From Macrostomum lignano (lineage: Eukaryota), in the NCBI GenBank assembly GCA_002269645.1, contig NIVC01001758.1:166757-230756 (forward strand): a DNA stretch of 64,000 bases, read 5' to 3'. The position numbers were made by a program, and so were the translations under genes. The notes below the pieces were generated by a model. That model saw only the letters and a program-made list of their open reading frames with translations, was not told the DNA's origin and did no database searches. Below are positions 36,001-48,800 of the stretch, one piece after another (positions within the stretch are counted from its first letter, which is position 1; every line of letters begins with the position of its first letter).

Positions 36001-38859
36001 AATGCTGAGCATCCAGTGTCAGAATCAGTAGAGGCAGTCAATGACAAGGAAGGTCAAAATGATGTCACCAATACAAGATTAGCAAATGATGAAGCAACAG
36101 AGGCAGCAGATGCCAACTCTACTAATATGGAGTCACCTAGCAAGATTTCACTGCCTGGAAACCAGTCTGAGGTAACTTGACAAAACTTTGGACTTTGTGT
36201 TATTGTAGGAATTAGCAAAAAATGCTCGCTTCTCTACCAACCTTCTTTTGTTCAAACTAAAACTATATATTCCCAGATCCAGTCACTATCACAGGCCACT
36301 AATCCAGGGCTCAGTCACTATCACAGGCCTCTAATCCAGGGCCCAGTAGGTATCACAGGCCTCTAATCCAGGGCCCAGTAAGTATCACAGACCTCTAATC
36401 TAGGGCCCAGTCAGTATCACAGGCCTCTAATCCAGGGCCCAGTCAGTATCACAGGCCTCTAATCCAGGCCCAGTCAGTATCACAGGCTTCTAATCCAGGG
36501 CCCAGTCAGTATCACAGGCCTCTAATCCAGGCCCAGTCACTATCACAGGCCTCTAATTCAGGGCCCAGTCAGTATCACAAGCCTCTAATCCAGGGCCCAT
36601 TCAGTAGCACAGACCTCTAATCTAGGGCCCAGTCAGTATCACAGGCCTCTAATCCAGGGCCCAGTCAGTATCACAGGCCTCTAATCCAGGGCCCAGTCAG
36701 TATCACAGGCCTCTAATCCAGGGCCCAGTCACTCTTACAGGCCTCTAATCCAGGGCCCAGTCACTCTTACAGGCCTCTAATCCAGGGTGCAAATGCACTC
36801 CTAAAGCATCGCTTCAAGCCAGAAACCCCAGAGCTCCATCCAACTCTCCTCGCAGACTTCGGTGGTTGTCATCAGCGAAGGCGACGACGAGGAGGCGGCG
36901 GCGGCGGCGGCAGTTGCAGGCGACGATGAAGTCGAAACGGTTGACGACGACGACGACGATGACGACGACGACTGTCAGATTGTCGGGGTCAGCCACCGGG
37001 TCCCGGCGATGCCTCGAAGCGACGTTGAATATGTTCAGCACCTGCGCGATCGCGGCTTGAATCCGCGCGACCTGCTCACCTCGCTGATTGGCTCGGACAT
37101 GTCCGGCTTCCAGGCGCCCGAAGAAGCTCTCTGGCAGTTGCTGCTTCGTCTAGTTACTGAGCCGACTAGACGCAAGCGTCTAGAAAACGTATCAACCCTC
37201 GACGATGTTGTTGTCCTTCTGTCCACCTGTCAGCGCGTGCTGGTGCTCACGGGCGCCGGGGTGTCCGTCTCCTGCGGCATCCCGGATTTCCGGTCGCGCG
37301 ACGGCATCTACGCTCGGCTGGCCACCCAGTATCCGGAGCTGCCAGATCCGCATTCAATGTTTGACATCAGCTACTTTAGACAGGATCAGCGGCCGTTTTT
37401 CAAGTTCGCCAAAGAGATTTATCCGGGCCTGTTTAAGCCCAGCCCATCGCATCGATTTATCCGCGCCTTGGAGGAGCGCGGCCGGCTGTTGCGCAACTAT
37501 TCGCAGAATATCGACACACTGGAACGGTCGGCCGGCATACAACGCGTGCTGAACTGTCATGGCTCGTTTGCCACAGCTTCTTGTATGCGGTGCAAGCACA
37601 AGGTTGACTCCGATGTCATTAAAGATGATATCATGAACGAGCGCATACCAATGTGTCCCAAGTGCTCAAGTAGCGATGAAGCTGATAAGTCTAAGGATGA
37701 TGCAGAATCCGCTGCTACTACTAGTCCGTCAACTTCGTCAGCAGCTGCAGCGGCAGAATCAGCGCCAACAAATCCTGCCGTATTAAAGCCTGATATTGTG
37801 TTCTTTGGCGAATCTCTGCCAGTAGAATTCTACGATTGCATTAGCCAAGATGAGAGCCAAGCCGATCTGCTGATCGTGATCGGGTCATCGCTAAAAGTAC
37901 AACCAGTCAGCCTTATTCCGAGCAGTTTGCCAAGCCGAGTGCCGCAGATTCTAATCAATCGCGAGCCGCTGCATCAGCACAATTTCGACGTTTGCCTGCT
38001 AGGCGACTGCGACCGGATTGTGGCGGAGTTGTGCCGCCGGCTCGGCTGGGAAGGCGTCGCCGACGAGGCCGACGGTCAATTGTCAGAAATTCGCGGTGAA
38101 GAACTGTTAGAGAGGCGTCGACTAGCGTACGCTGCCGCCGCTGAGCAGTCGTCTGATAAAGCAGCAAAAGATGCCGAAAAACCCGCCGTCGATGCTGCTT
38201 CGGCTTCTACGTCGGGCTCGACGACAGCCGGGCAAGTTGAACATCCCGGCCCTTCGTCTTCCTCGGAGCCGTCATCCTCGTCGGCAGCGGTAGCGACAGT
38301 AACAGAAGCCGCTGAATCGGACGCCTCGGCCACGCCGCACGAGGACGACTGCAATTTGTCGGCCTACCTGCCGGATGGCGCCTTTGCCAGATTCCCGCCG
38401 AATAAATACGTGTTCCCGGGCGCCGAGGCGCACCCGGACGAGATCTGCTCCGAGGATGAGGAAGCTGACTACGACGAAGATGATGAAGAAGATGACGATG
38501 ATGATGATGAAGAAGAATTCGACGATGAAGATGAAGAAGACTTGACGGACTACGAGGAGCCCGGGTCGCCTGTCGTAGTCAATCTGGTCAGCTCTGATGA
38601 AGATAATGAAGATGAAGAAATACTGATCGAAGAGGAGGCTGAACAGCCAGCTGATAAAGATCGATCGATAATCACTATCGATGATAATCCGGAGGCTGGG
38701 AAAGCCAATGAGGCAACTGCCGCGATGGCTGAATCTTCATCGCCACCTGTTGAGTCGGCGACCGTTCCGAGTCCGAAGGCACCCGCGGCTGGCGTTGGCG
38801 GCGTTGGCGAAATCGGCGACGCAGAGGAAGACGAGCTGCTCAACTGCGACGTTGATTAA
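33062..38859 (+). CDS. SIRT1: NAD-dependent deacetylase sirtuin-1; exons 33062-33173, 35954-36171, 36856-38859; 777 aa
   Basis: Exon 3 carries GAGVSVSCGIPDFRS, FFKFAKEIYPG, QNIDTLE, HGSF, CxxC...CxxC, KPDIVFFGE, GSSLKV, INRE and LLGDCD. Upstream exons join in phase (1, then 0) through GTAAGA/GTAACT donors and supply a KRPR NLS-like motif; they are less certain than exon 3. Confidence 0.92.
33481..34700. mobile_element. Decayed inverted-repeat element in SIRT1 intron 1
   Basis: ~95-bp inverted repeats at 33481-33575 and 34605-34700 (GGTTCCCC..AGATATTCT...AGATATTTTT..CTTCAAA.AGATAATTC...AAAAAATGAATTCATGTTT); internal CTATGG/CCATAG repeats. True ends and TSD not found. Confidence 0.65.
36278..36787. 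repeat. 32-bp minisatellite (CCAGTCAGTATCACAGGCCTCTAATCCAGGGC), ~16 copies, SIRT1 intron 2
   Basis: Read directly. Confidence 0.95.
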
Positions 38860-39334
38860 ACTGTTGATACAACACAGAATTTTTCTAATATAAATTTCAA
38901 TCTTGGGTTATGCGTTTCAAAATGTGTTGGTTTTGTTGTGTAGATTGCCTATCTGTACTAAAATACTAAGTTGCACTTTTAATATTTTTGTATTCGTTCG
39001 CGCATTATAATACTTTGCTTGCATTTTTAGTGCACGCTTTGGTCTACGTTTGACACGAAATAATTGTTGAAATTTTGGAATTTTAATAAAATTTTAGCTT
39101 TGCGTCTGCCTCTTCTTCCCGTGAGGACGGGGGTCTCTTGCGTTTGAGCTTCTAATTGCTTGGAGTCCTTGGATTTGATCAAGACAACTTTACTGTATTT
39201 TTGCATCGAAGTTTTTTTTTCTTTTTTCTGTAAATAAATGTATCTATTTTTTAATACTCGCTGAGTCTCACTTCTTTCTTTCCATGTCTCTCTTCTGGTT
39301 TTGTGTTTTTCTCTTGACTCTGCACTATCTACCT

Positions 39335-39870
39335 GACTCTGTCCACTGTGTACCTGTTTGTGTCTGTCTGTCTCTGTCTGTCTGTCTGACTCTGTCCACT
39401 GTGTACCTGTCTGTCTGTCTGTCTGTCTGTCTTAGTGTCTGTCTGTCTGTCTGTCTGACTCTGTCCACTGTGTACCTGTCTGTCTGTCTGTCTGTCTGTC
39501 TTAGTGTCTGTCTGTCTGTCTGTCTGACTCTGTCCACTGTGTACCTGTCTGTCTGTCTGTCTGTCTGTCTTAGTGTCTGTCTGTCTGTCTGTCTGACTCT
39601 GTCCACTGTGTACCTGTCTGTCTGTCTGTCTGTCTTAGTGTCTGTCTGTCTGTCTGTCTGACTCTGTCCACTGTGTATCTGCCTGTCTTTCTGCCTGACT
39701 CTGTCCACTGTGTACCTGTCTGTCTGCATGACTCTTTCCACCATCTGTCTGCACTATCTACTTATTTCCGTCCATGGTCTTACCTGTCTCGTCTACTGTC
39801 TATCTGTCTAGCTGTCCACTTTCTACCTGTCTCCGTAAACTTTCTTATGTCTGTCTGTCTGTCTGTCTGT
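39335..39870. repeat. (TCTG)n-based compound satellite
   Basis: Repeating CTGACTCTGTCCACTGTGTACC + (TGTC)n + TTAGTG blocks. Confidence 0.92.
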
Positions 39871-40574
39871 TCACTTGTTTCTATATATTCCTTGTCAAGC
39901 GCTTGACATTTCATCATGTACCAGTCTATAGTGAGTTAAATGTAACTGTAATCAGCCTCTTCTAAGTTATCTACAATGCAACCCAACCGCTACGAATCCT
40001 AACTTGAGTCCATTAATCCCCTTAACTATTACAAATCGCAATTATGAGCCCAGCCATTATAACTAATACAATACATTAAATAAGTTTTTTTGTGGGTATT
40101 TCTCTTTCATACTTGTATGCCTGTATATAATATTTCACTATTTTTATGCTTTTATAACTTGTAATACTTTGCCTACTGTCCCCCCACCGATCTCTGTAAT
40201 CTGTTTACGGCCCGGTCTTGCGAATGTTGCGCGTACACAAACCAGTCGCTAATCCCGTTTGGCCTTTTTCTGTCCATATCAGGCCAGCCTTAGTGAGAGT
40301 AAAATCATCTGTCTAGTTTAATCCAGGCTTTGCAACAAACCCTTGACCTTGTTTGTTATTGTACAATAAGCGGTGCTCGTTTCTCCCTTCGCAGTTGGTC
40401 TGTTGTGTAAGTGTACGAGCAAGTTAAAAAATACAAATAATTCATCTTTTTAATTCTCGAACTCTGAGTGAGTTTATTTTTAAAACATAATATTCCTACT
40501 GATCCGAAAATGTCTGTCAATTGCTGTGTGTTAATGCTTACTTTTAGTTTAGTTCCTCTAAGTTTTTTAAGGAC

Positions 40575-43500
40575 TGCTCGTTCCCGGTTGTTGGAATGAG
40601 TGCCCTACAGGTGTTTTTGGACAGGTTCCCGGTTGGTAGAATGGGTGCCCTACAGGTGTTTTTGGACAGGTTCCCGGTTGGTAGAATGGGTGCCCTACAG
40701 GTGTTTTTGGACGGGTTCCCGGTTGGTAGAATGGTGCCCTACAGGTGTTTTTGGACAGGTTCCCGGTTGGTAGAATGGGTGCCCTACAGGTGTTTTTGGA
40801 CAGGTTCCCGGTTGTTGGAATGGGTGCCCTACAGGTGTTTTTAGACAGGTTCCTGGTTGGTAGAATGGGTGCCCTACGGGTGTTTTTGGACAGGTTCCCG
40901 GTTGGTAGAATGGGTGCCCTACGGGTGTTTGTGGACGGGTTCCCGGTTGGTAGAATGGGTGCCCTACAGGTCTTTTTGGACAGGTTCCCGGTTGGTAGAA
41001 TGGGTGCCCTACAGTAGATTTTAGACAGGTGCCCTACGGGTGTTTTTGGACAGGTTCCCGGTTGTTGGAATGGGTGCCCTACGGGTGTTTTTGGACAGGT
41101 TCCTGGTTGGTAGAATGGGTGCCCTACGGGTGTTTTTGGACAGGTTCCCGGTTGGTAGAATGGGTGCCCTACGGGTGTTTTTGGACAGGTTCCCGGTTGG
41201 TAGAATGGGTGCCCTACAGGTGTTTTTGGACAGGTTCCCGGTTGTTGGAATGGGTGCCCTACAGTAGATTTTAGACAGGTGCCCTACGGGTGTTTTTGGA
41301 CAGGTTCCCGGTTGTTGGAATGGGTGCCCTACGGGTGTTTTTGGACAGGTTCCCGGTTGGTAGAATGGGTGCCCTACGGGTGTTTTTGGACAGGTTCCCG
41401 GTTGGTAGAATGGGTGCCCTACGGGTGTTTTTGGACAGGTTCCCGGTTGGTAGAATGGGTGCCCTACAGGTGTTTTTGGACAGGTTCCCGGTTGTTGGAA
41501 TGGGTGCCCTACAGTAAATTTAGACAGGTGCCCTACGGATGTTTTTGGACAGGTTCCCGGTTGTTGGAATGGGTGCCCTACAGGTGTTTTTGGACAGGTT
41601 CCCGGTTGGTAGAATGGGTGCCCTACAGGTGTTTTTGGACAGGTTCCCGGTTGTTGGAATGGGTGCCCTACAGTACATTTAGACAGGTGCCCTACGGATG
41701 TTTTTGGACAGGTTCCCGGTTGTTAGAATGAGTGCCCTACAGGTGTTTTTGGACAGGTTCCCGGTTGTTAGAATGGGTGCCCTACAGGTGTTTTTGGACA
41801 GGTTCCCGGTTGTTAGAATGAGTGCCCTACAGGTGTTTTTGGACAGGTTCCCGGTTGTTGGAATGGGTGCCCTACAGTACATTTAGACAGGTGCCCTACG
41901 GATGTTTTTGGACAGGTTCCCGGTTGTTGGAATGGGTGCCCTACAGTACATTTAGACAGGTGCCCTACGGATGTTTTTGGACAGGTTCCCGGTTGTTGGA
42001 ATGGGTGCCCTACAGGTGTTTTTGGACAGGTTCCCGGTTGGTAGAATGGGTGCCCTACAGGTGTTTTTGGACAGGTTCCCGGTTGTTGGAATGGGTGCCC
42101 TACAGTACATTTAGACAGGTGCCCTACGGATGTTTTTGGACAGGTTCCCGGTTGTTAGAATGAGTGCCCTACAGGTGTTTTTGGACAGGTTCCCGGTTGT
42201 TAGAATGGGTGCCCTACAGGTGTTTTTGGACAGGTTCCCGGTTGTTAGAATGAGTGCCCTACAGGTGTTTTTGGACAGGTTCCCGGTTGTTGGAATGGGT
42301 GCCCTACAGTACATTTAGACAGGTGCCCTACAGGTGTTTTTAGACCGGTTCCTGGTTGTTGGAATGGGTGCCGTACGGGTGTTTTTGGACAGGTTCCCGG
42401 TTGTTGGAATGAGTGCCCTACAGGTGTTTTTGGACAGGTTCCCGGTTGTTGGAATGGGTGCCCTACAGTACATTTAGACAGGTGCCCTACGGATGTTTTT
42501 GGACAGGTTCCCGGTTGTTGGAATGGGTGCCCTACAGTACATTTAGACAGGTGCCCTACGGATGTTTTTGGACAGGTTCCCGGTTGTTGGAATGGGTGCC
42601 CTACAGTACATTTAGACAGGTGCCCTACGGATGTTTTTGGACAGGTTCCCGGTTGTTGGAATGGGTGCCCTACAGGTGTTTTTGGACAGGTGCCCTACAG
42701 GTGTTTTTGGACAGGTTCCCGGTTGTTAGAATGGGTGCCCTACAGGTGTTTTTGGACAGGTTCCCGGTTGTTAGAATGAGTGCCCTACAGGTGTTTTTGG
42801 ACAGGTTCCCGGTTGTTGGAATGGGTGCCCTACAGTAAATTTAGACAGGTGCCCTACGGATGTTTTTGGACAGGTTCCCGGTTGTTGGAATGGGTGCCCT
42901 ACAGGTGTTTTTGGACAGGTTCCCGGTTGTTAGAATGAGTGCCCTACAGGTGTTTTTGGACAGGTTCCCGGTTGTTGGAATGGGTGCCCTACAGTAAATT
43001 TAGACAGGTGCCCTACGGATGTTTTTGGACAGGTTCCCGGTTGTTGGAATGGGTGCCCTACAGGTGTTTTTGGACAGGTTCCCGGTTGTTGGAATGGGTG
43101 CCCTACAGTACATTTAGACAGGTGCCCTACGGATGTTTTTGGACAGGTTCCCGGTTGTTGGAATGGGTGCCCTACAGGTGTTTTTGGACAGGTTCCCGGT
43201 TGTTGGAATGGGTGCCCTACAGTACATTTAGACAGGTGCCCTACAGGTGTTTTTAGACCGGTTTCTGGTTGTTGGAATGGGTGCCGTACGGGTGTTTTTG
43301 GACAGGTTCCCGGTTGTTAGAATGGGTGCCCTACAGGTGTTTTTGGACAGGTTCCCGGTTGTTAGAATGAGTGCCCTACAGGTGTTTTTGGACAGGTTCC
43401 CGGTTGTTGGAATGGGTGCCCTACAGTACATTTAGACAGGTGCCCTACGGATGTTTTTGGACAGGTTCCCGGTTGTTGGAATGGGTGCCCTACAGGTGTT

Positions 43501-44960
43501 TTTGGACAGGTGCCCTACAGGTGTTTTTGGACAGGTTCCCGGTTGTTAGAATGGGTGCCCTACAGGTGTTTTTGGACAGGTTCCCGGTTGTTAGAATGAG
43601 TGCCCTACAGGTGTTTTTGGACAGGTTCCCGGTTGTTGGAATGGGTGCCCTACAGTAAATTTAGACAGGTGCCCTACGGATGTTTTTGGACAGGTTCCCG
43701 GTTGTTGGAATGGGTGCCCTACAGGTGTTTTTGGACAGGTTCCCGGTTGTTAGAATGAGTGCCCTACAGGTGTTTTTGGACAGGTTCCCGGTTGTTGGAA
43801 TGGGTGCCCTACAGTAAATTTAGACAGGTGCCCTACGGATGTTTTTGGACAGGTTCCCGGTTGTTGGAATGGGTGCCCTACAGGTGTTTTTGGACAGGTT
43901 CCCGGTTGTTGGAATGGGTGCCCTACAGTACATTTAGACAGGTGCCCTACGGATGTTTTTGGACAGGTTCCCGGTTGTTGGAATGGGTGCCCTACAGGTG
44001 TTTTTGGACAGGTTCCCGGTTGTTGGAATGGGTGCCCTACAGTACATTTAGACAGGTGCCCTACAGGTGTTTTTAGACCGGTTTCTGGTTGTTGGAATGG
44101 GTGCCGTACGGGTGTTTTTGGACAGGTTCCCGGTTGTTAGAATGGGTGCCCTACAGGTGTTTTTGGACAGGTTCCCGGTTGTTAGAATGAGTGCCCTACA
44201 GGTGTTTTTGGACAGGTTCCCGGTTGTTGGAATGGGTGCCCTACAGTACATTTAGACAGGTGCCCTACGGATGTTTTTGGACAGGTTCCCGGTTGTTGGA
44301 ATGGGTGCCCTACAGGTGTTTTTGGACAGGTGCCCTACAGGTGTTTTTGGACAGGTTCCCGGTTGTTAGAATGGGTGCCCTACAGGTGTTTTTGGACAGG
44401 TTCCCGGTTGTTAGAATGAGTGCCCTACAGGTGTTTTTGGACAGGTTCCCGGTTGTTGGAATGGGTGCCCTACAGGTGTTTTTGGACAGGTTCCCGGTTG
44501 TTGGAATGGGTGCCCTACAGTACATTTAGACAGGTGCCCTACAGGTGTTTTTAGACCGGTTTCTGGTTGTTGGAATGGGTGCCGTACGGGTGTTTTTGGA
44601 CAGGTTCCCGGTTGTTAGAATGAGTGCCCTACAGGTGTTTTTGGACAGGTTCCCGGTTGTTAGAATGAGTGCCCTACAGGTGTTTTTGGACAGGTTCCCG
44701 GTTGTTGGAATGGGTGCCCTACAGGTGTTTTTGGACAGGTTCCCGGTTGTTAGAATGGGTGCCCTACAGGTGTTTTTGGACAGGTTCCCGGTTGTTAGAA
44801 TGAGTGCCCTACAGGTGTTTTTGGACAGGTTCCCGGTTGTTGGAATGGGTGCCCTACAGGTGTTTTTGGACAGGTTCCCGGTTGTTGGAATGGGTGCCCT
44901 ACAGTACATTTAGACAGGTGCCCTACAGGTGTTTTTAGACCGGTTCCTGGTTGGTTGAAT
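40575..44960. repeat. 4.4-kb satellite of 45-bp units (GGACAGGTTCCCGGTTGGTAGAATGGGTGCCCTACAGGTGTTTTT) with higher-order duplications
   Basis: Read directly; short variant CCCTACAGTACATTTAGACAGGTG is interspersed. Identical ORF pairs in the track are offset by 820 and 432 bp. Confidence 0.98.
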
Positions 44961-45891
44961 AGGTTAAACTAAACTAATGAAATGAATCGAATTCACCCCT
45001 AGCCCTAGTTGCTAGGAGAACCAAGTAGGAATTCATTTTCGTAGCCATATTATTAGGAAAAAACGATTTCGCGAAGAGATTCTTTTTTAAAGTCGAAGGT
45101 GAGTCTCGTGGAAACAAAACCTAGCTCGGTGGCTATCTAATATTTTTTAAAGTATATTTCGATTCTTTAAACAACAGCGCAACCAAAAAAATAAAAGTTT
45201 TATGTATTCATTAGAAATCTAATATTAGTTCGCTGAAGCAAAGAGCATATATTGTTGAATTAATATAAATTACAGTAGGAAAATATAAATTCACCTTGGA
45301 GATGTGTAGCGTACAGCTTTGTCAAGTGCGCCTGTCCTTTACAGAAATTGTACCGACAGTAAGCTAGAATTTACTCGATTCTGTGTAATTTTTTTTATTG
45401 TCTTGTACACTTTTTAGTACTTTTTCTAAGCCAAGTACAGCACTTGAATCCACCATGTTTTTATATTACAATTTGCTCTTCATATTTTATCAGTAGTCTG
45501 TAAAGAACATTCTATTTCTGGTTAAAAAGACATATGGAAATGTGCAAAAAAAACTTTTCGAGATACGCGGAAGAGGGCCAATCAATTTTTTATCAGTGAA
45601 GCCAAACACAGTGAAGGGGATTCCGTTAAAAGTGTGAATTTAGCATTAGGCGCGCCAATTGATGCTGTTAAAAGTTCCAATGGGAATGGAGAGTTTTCTT
45701 GTGGGTTCAGGAATTGGAAATCTTGTGCAATCCATATATTAGTCTCTGCTGGTTTCTTTGAGCTCCTTTGGCAGTTAACAGACAAAAAATAACAAGAAAA
45801 AAAACAGAGAAAAGCCGGAATCTACAAGTACCAAGTAAAAAAACATGTTAAATCCCCCCAGTGTAGCAACCGCATGGAAACGTGTAAATTT

Positions 45892-48800
45892 TCATTCGTC
45901 CAGTTGGCAGATAAGCGCCACTCCTCGCATAATCCAGTGCGACTGCGGCTTGTCGGTTGGAATGGTCATGGCCATCACGTAGTTGGTTGAGTGGCCTGTG
46001 GTGGAGAGGACACCGCGACGCTCGGAGGTTTTGTAGATTGGACAGTGGTAGCTGCTGCCCGGGTCTATGTCCGAGCGCTTCGCCGGTTTCAGCCACACCT
46101 GCGTGTTGAGAAATTGGTTTTGGTTTTAGGATTCGGGGCGTTGCAGGACAAGTGATAACCTCCGTCACACCTGTTGCACTAATCTAGGGTTTTGGTTGCA
46201 GGATCAAGATATAGATGTTTAAGTCTGTCACATCTGTTGCACTAATTAATCTAGGGGTTTGGCTGCAGGATCTAGATCTAGATGTTTAAGTCTGTCACAT
46301 CTGTTGCACTAATTAATCTAGGGGTTTGACTGCAGGATCTAGATCTAGATGTTTAAGTCTGTCACATCTGTTGCACTAATTAATCTAGGGGTTTGGCTGC
46401 AGGATCTAGATCTAGATGTTTAAGTCTGTCACACCTGTTGCACTAATTAATCTAGGGTTTGGCTGCAGGATCTAGATATAGATGTTTAAGTCTGTCACAC
46501 CTGTTGCACTAATTAATCTAGGGTTTGGCTGCAGGATCTAGATATAGATGTTTAAGTCTGTCACACCTGTTGCACTAATTAATCTAGGGTTTGGCTGCAG
46601 GATCAAGATATAGATGTTTAAGTCTGTCACATCTGTTGCACTAATTAATCTAGGGGTTTGACTGCAGGATCTAGATATAGATGTTTAAGTCTGTCACACC
46701 TGTTGCACTAATTAATCTAGGGTTTGGCTGCAGGATCTAGTAGATGTTTGAGTCTGTCACACCTGTTGCACTAATTAATCTAGGGTTTGGCTGCAGGATC
46801 TAGATCTAGATGTTTAAGTCTGTCACATCTGTTGCACTAATTAATCTAGGGGTTTGGCTGCAGGATCTAGATCTAGATGTTTAAGTCTGTCACATCTGTT
46901 GCACTAATTAATCTAGGGGTTTGGCTGCAGGATCTAGATCTAGATGTTTAAGTCTGTCACATCTGTTGCACTAATTAATCTAGGGGTTTGGCTGCAGGAT
47001 CTAGATCTAGATGTTTAAGTCTGTCACATCTGTTGCACTAATTAATCTAGGGGTTTGACTGCAGGATCTAGATCTAGATGTTTAAGTCTGTCACATCTGT
47101 TGCACTAATTAATCTAGGGGTTTGGCTGCAGGATCTAGATCTAGATGTTTAAGTCTGTCACACCTGTCGCACTAATCTAAGAGTTGGGTTGCAGGATCTA
47201 TATCTAGGTGCTTAATTCCGTCACACCTGTTGCACTAGACTAAATCAGACTTGAACAATCGCACTCACCGTCGGCACCGTGTCGTGCAGCACTTTCGGTG
47301 TTGACTCGGCCAGCTGCTTGCGCTGCCTGTCCCATCTGGCGCCAACAACAAAGAGTCCTTGAACGTAGGCACCTGTTGGTTGTTTCGATCGGAGGTTTAG
47401 TTAGTTTCGAATGGGGCTGTGCACAGGTACTGAGGACAGCCGACCCACAGCCTCAGGTAATTATTAAACACAGACTCCTGGAGCTCAATAGTCAGGCACG
47501 TAAAACACGCCTCAAGTTGGGTTTGAGTCTTCATGAGCGAAAATCTGCATATTGTTTCTGGTGAATCCCAAAATAGTTCTTTCCCACATAGTTGGTCTGC
47601 AAATGAGGAGTTCAGCTGATAACGCCTCTAACTCAAAAATTGACTGAAGGCTTGTTTCCTTGCCCACCTTATTTTGTCGCTGATTGGATGTGCATTGAGT
47701 TAAAATCCCCTAAAGAATCCGCCCTTACCATCCTCCGGCTCCGTGTCGTATTGCTTGTCATCCATTATCTCGAAGTCGAATGCCAGCAAGTCGATTGGGA
47801 TGGTGTACTTTCTGGCAAAGTTCTGCTGCACTCCGGTCAGGAAGGCCTGGGTGAAGTAGAAGCCGGACACCCAGAACACCGGAGGCGGTCCGTTGTCGAA
47901 CCAGTCCTGTGCGAGGGGAGTTTGATGGGCTAGCTAATTCACTTGTCTGCGGATAGTTTTTTTCCCATTCTAAAGTGCTAGAAAGTGTTATTACATGTAC
48001 TAATAGCGTTTGGATAGGGAAACTGGGTCGCTTAATTGGTCTCTCCCCTTATCGAATTTTCTATTTTTCTCGACTCCACCTCTCTTCCTGTTTATCCATT
48101 CTCCCTCTATCCACTCTTCTTCTATCCCTATCTTTTATTAGAGGCAGGGGTCTGTATGCAACCCTAGCGCACTTCAAGCGACATTGTCACACAACCGGCG
48201 AGAGGCATACTGCCCATTCTGCCGACTTATCTGAGCAGGCACACAAGCGCGCGGATACTTACGCAGTCATACGCACAGGCTCACACTCACACAGGAGTGT
48301 ACAGCGGCCCTCAAAATGCGTCGTTAATTGCACGAGCAGAGCCAAGCCAAGATTCCAATTTAGCCCCAAATTAATGTAACTGCACTTGGAATCGAACCTG
48401 GGACCACTCTAGGCTGCATGTACGGCCCCCTTTTCTTCTTCTATCCCTTTCTTTAGAATCTTTCTACCTCTCCCTCCTTGTCTGCGCCTCCCTCCTTTAT
48501 GTTACTGGCAATTGGCAAACAAGCATATTGTTTCGTGAAATTTGCAGATGTATTGAACGCTTTAAAGATTTAGAGCCCCGCTTACCTGAAGGAACTTCAG
48601 CCTCGCTAGGAAGTCATTAACGTAGGAACCGACCGGCTTCAACGATGGATAGCTCTTCTTCATCCACATGCTGGGGATTTTGGACTTCAACAGACTGGAG
48701 GTCACCTCCTCGAGGTCTGGCGACATCACCACAAGGCCCTTGATGGCTTTGCGGATGTTTTCCAGCGAGCTTCTGATGACGCTGAGCAGCGCGTTGAACC

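Noticed and set aside
40575-44960. CRISPR-like array or repeat-protein ORFs
   Set aside because: No unique spacers and no cas genes; the ORFs are translations of a stop-poor 45-bp unit.
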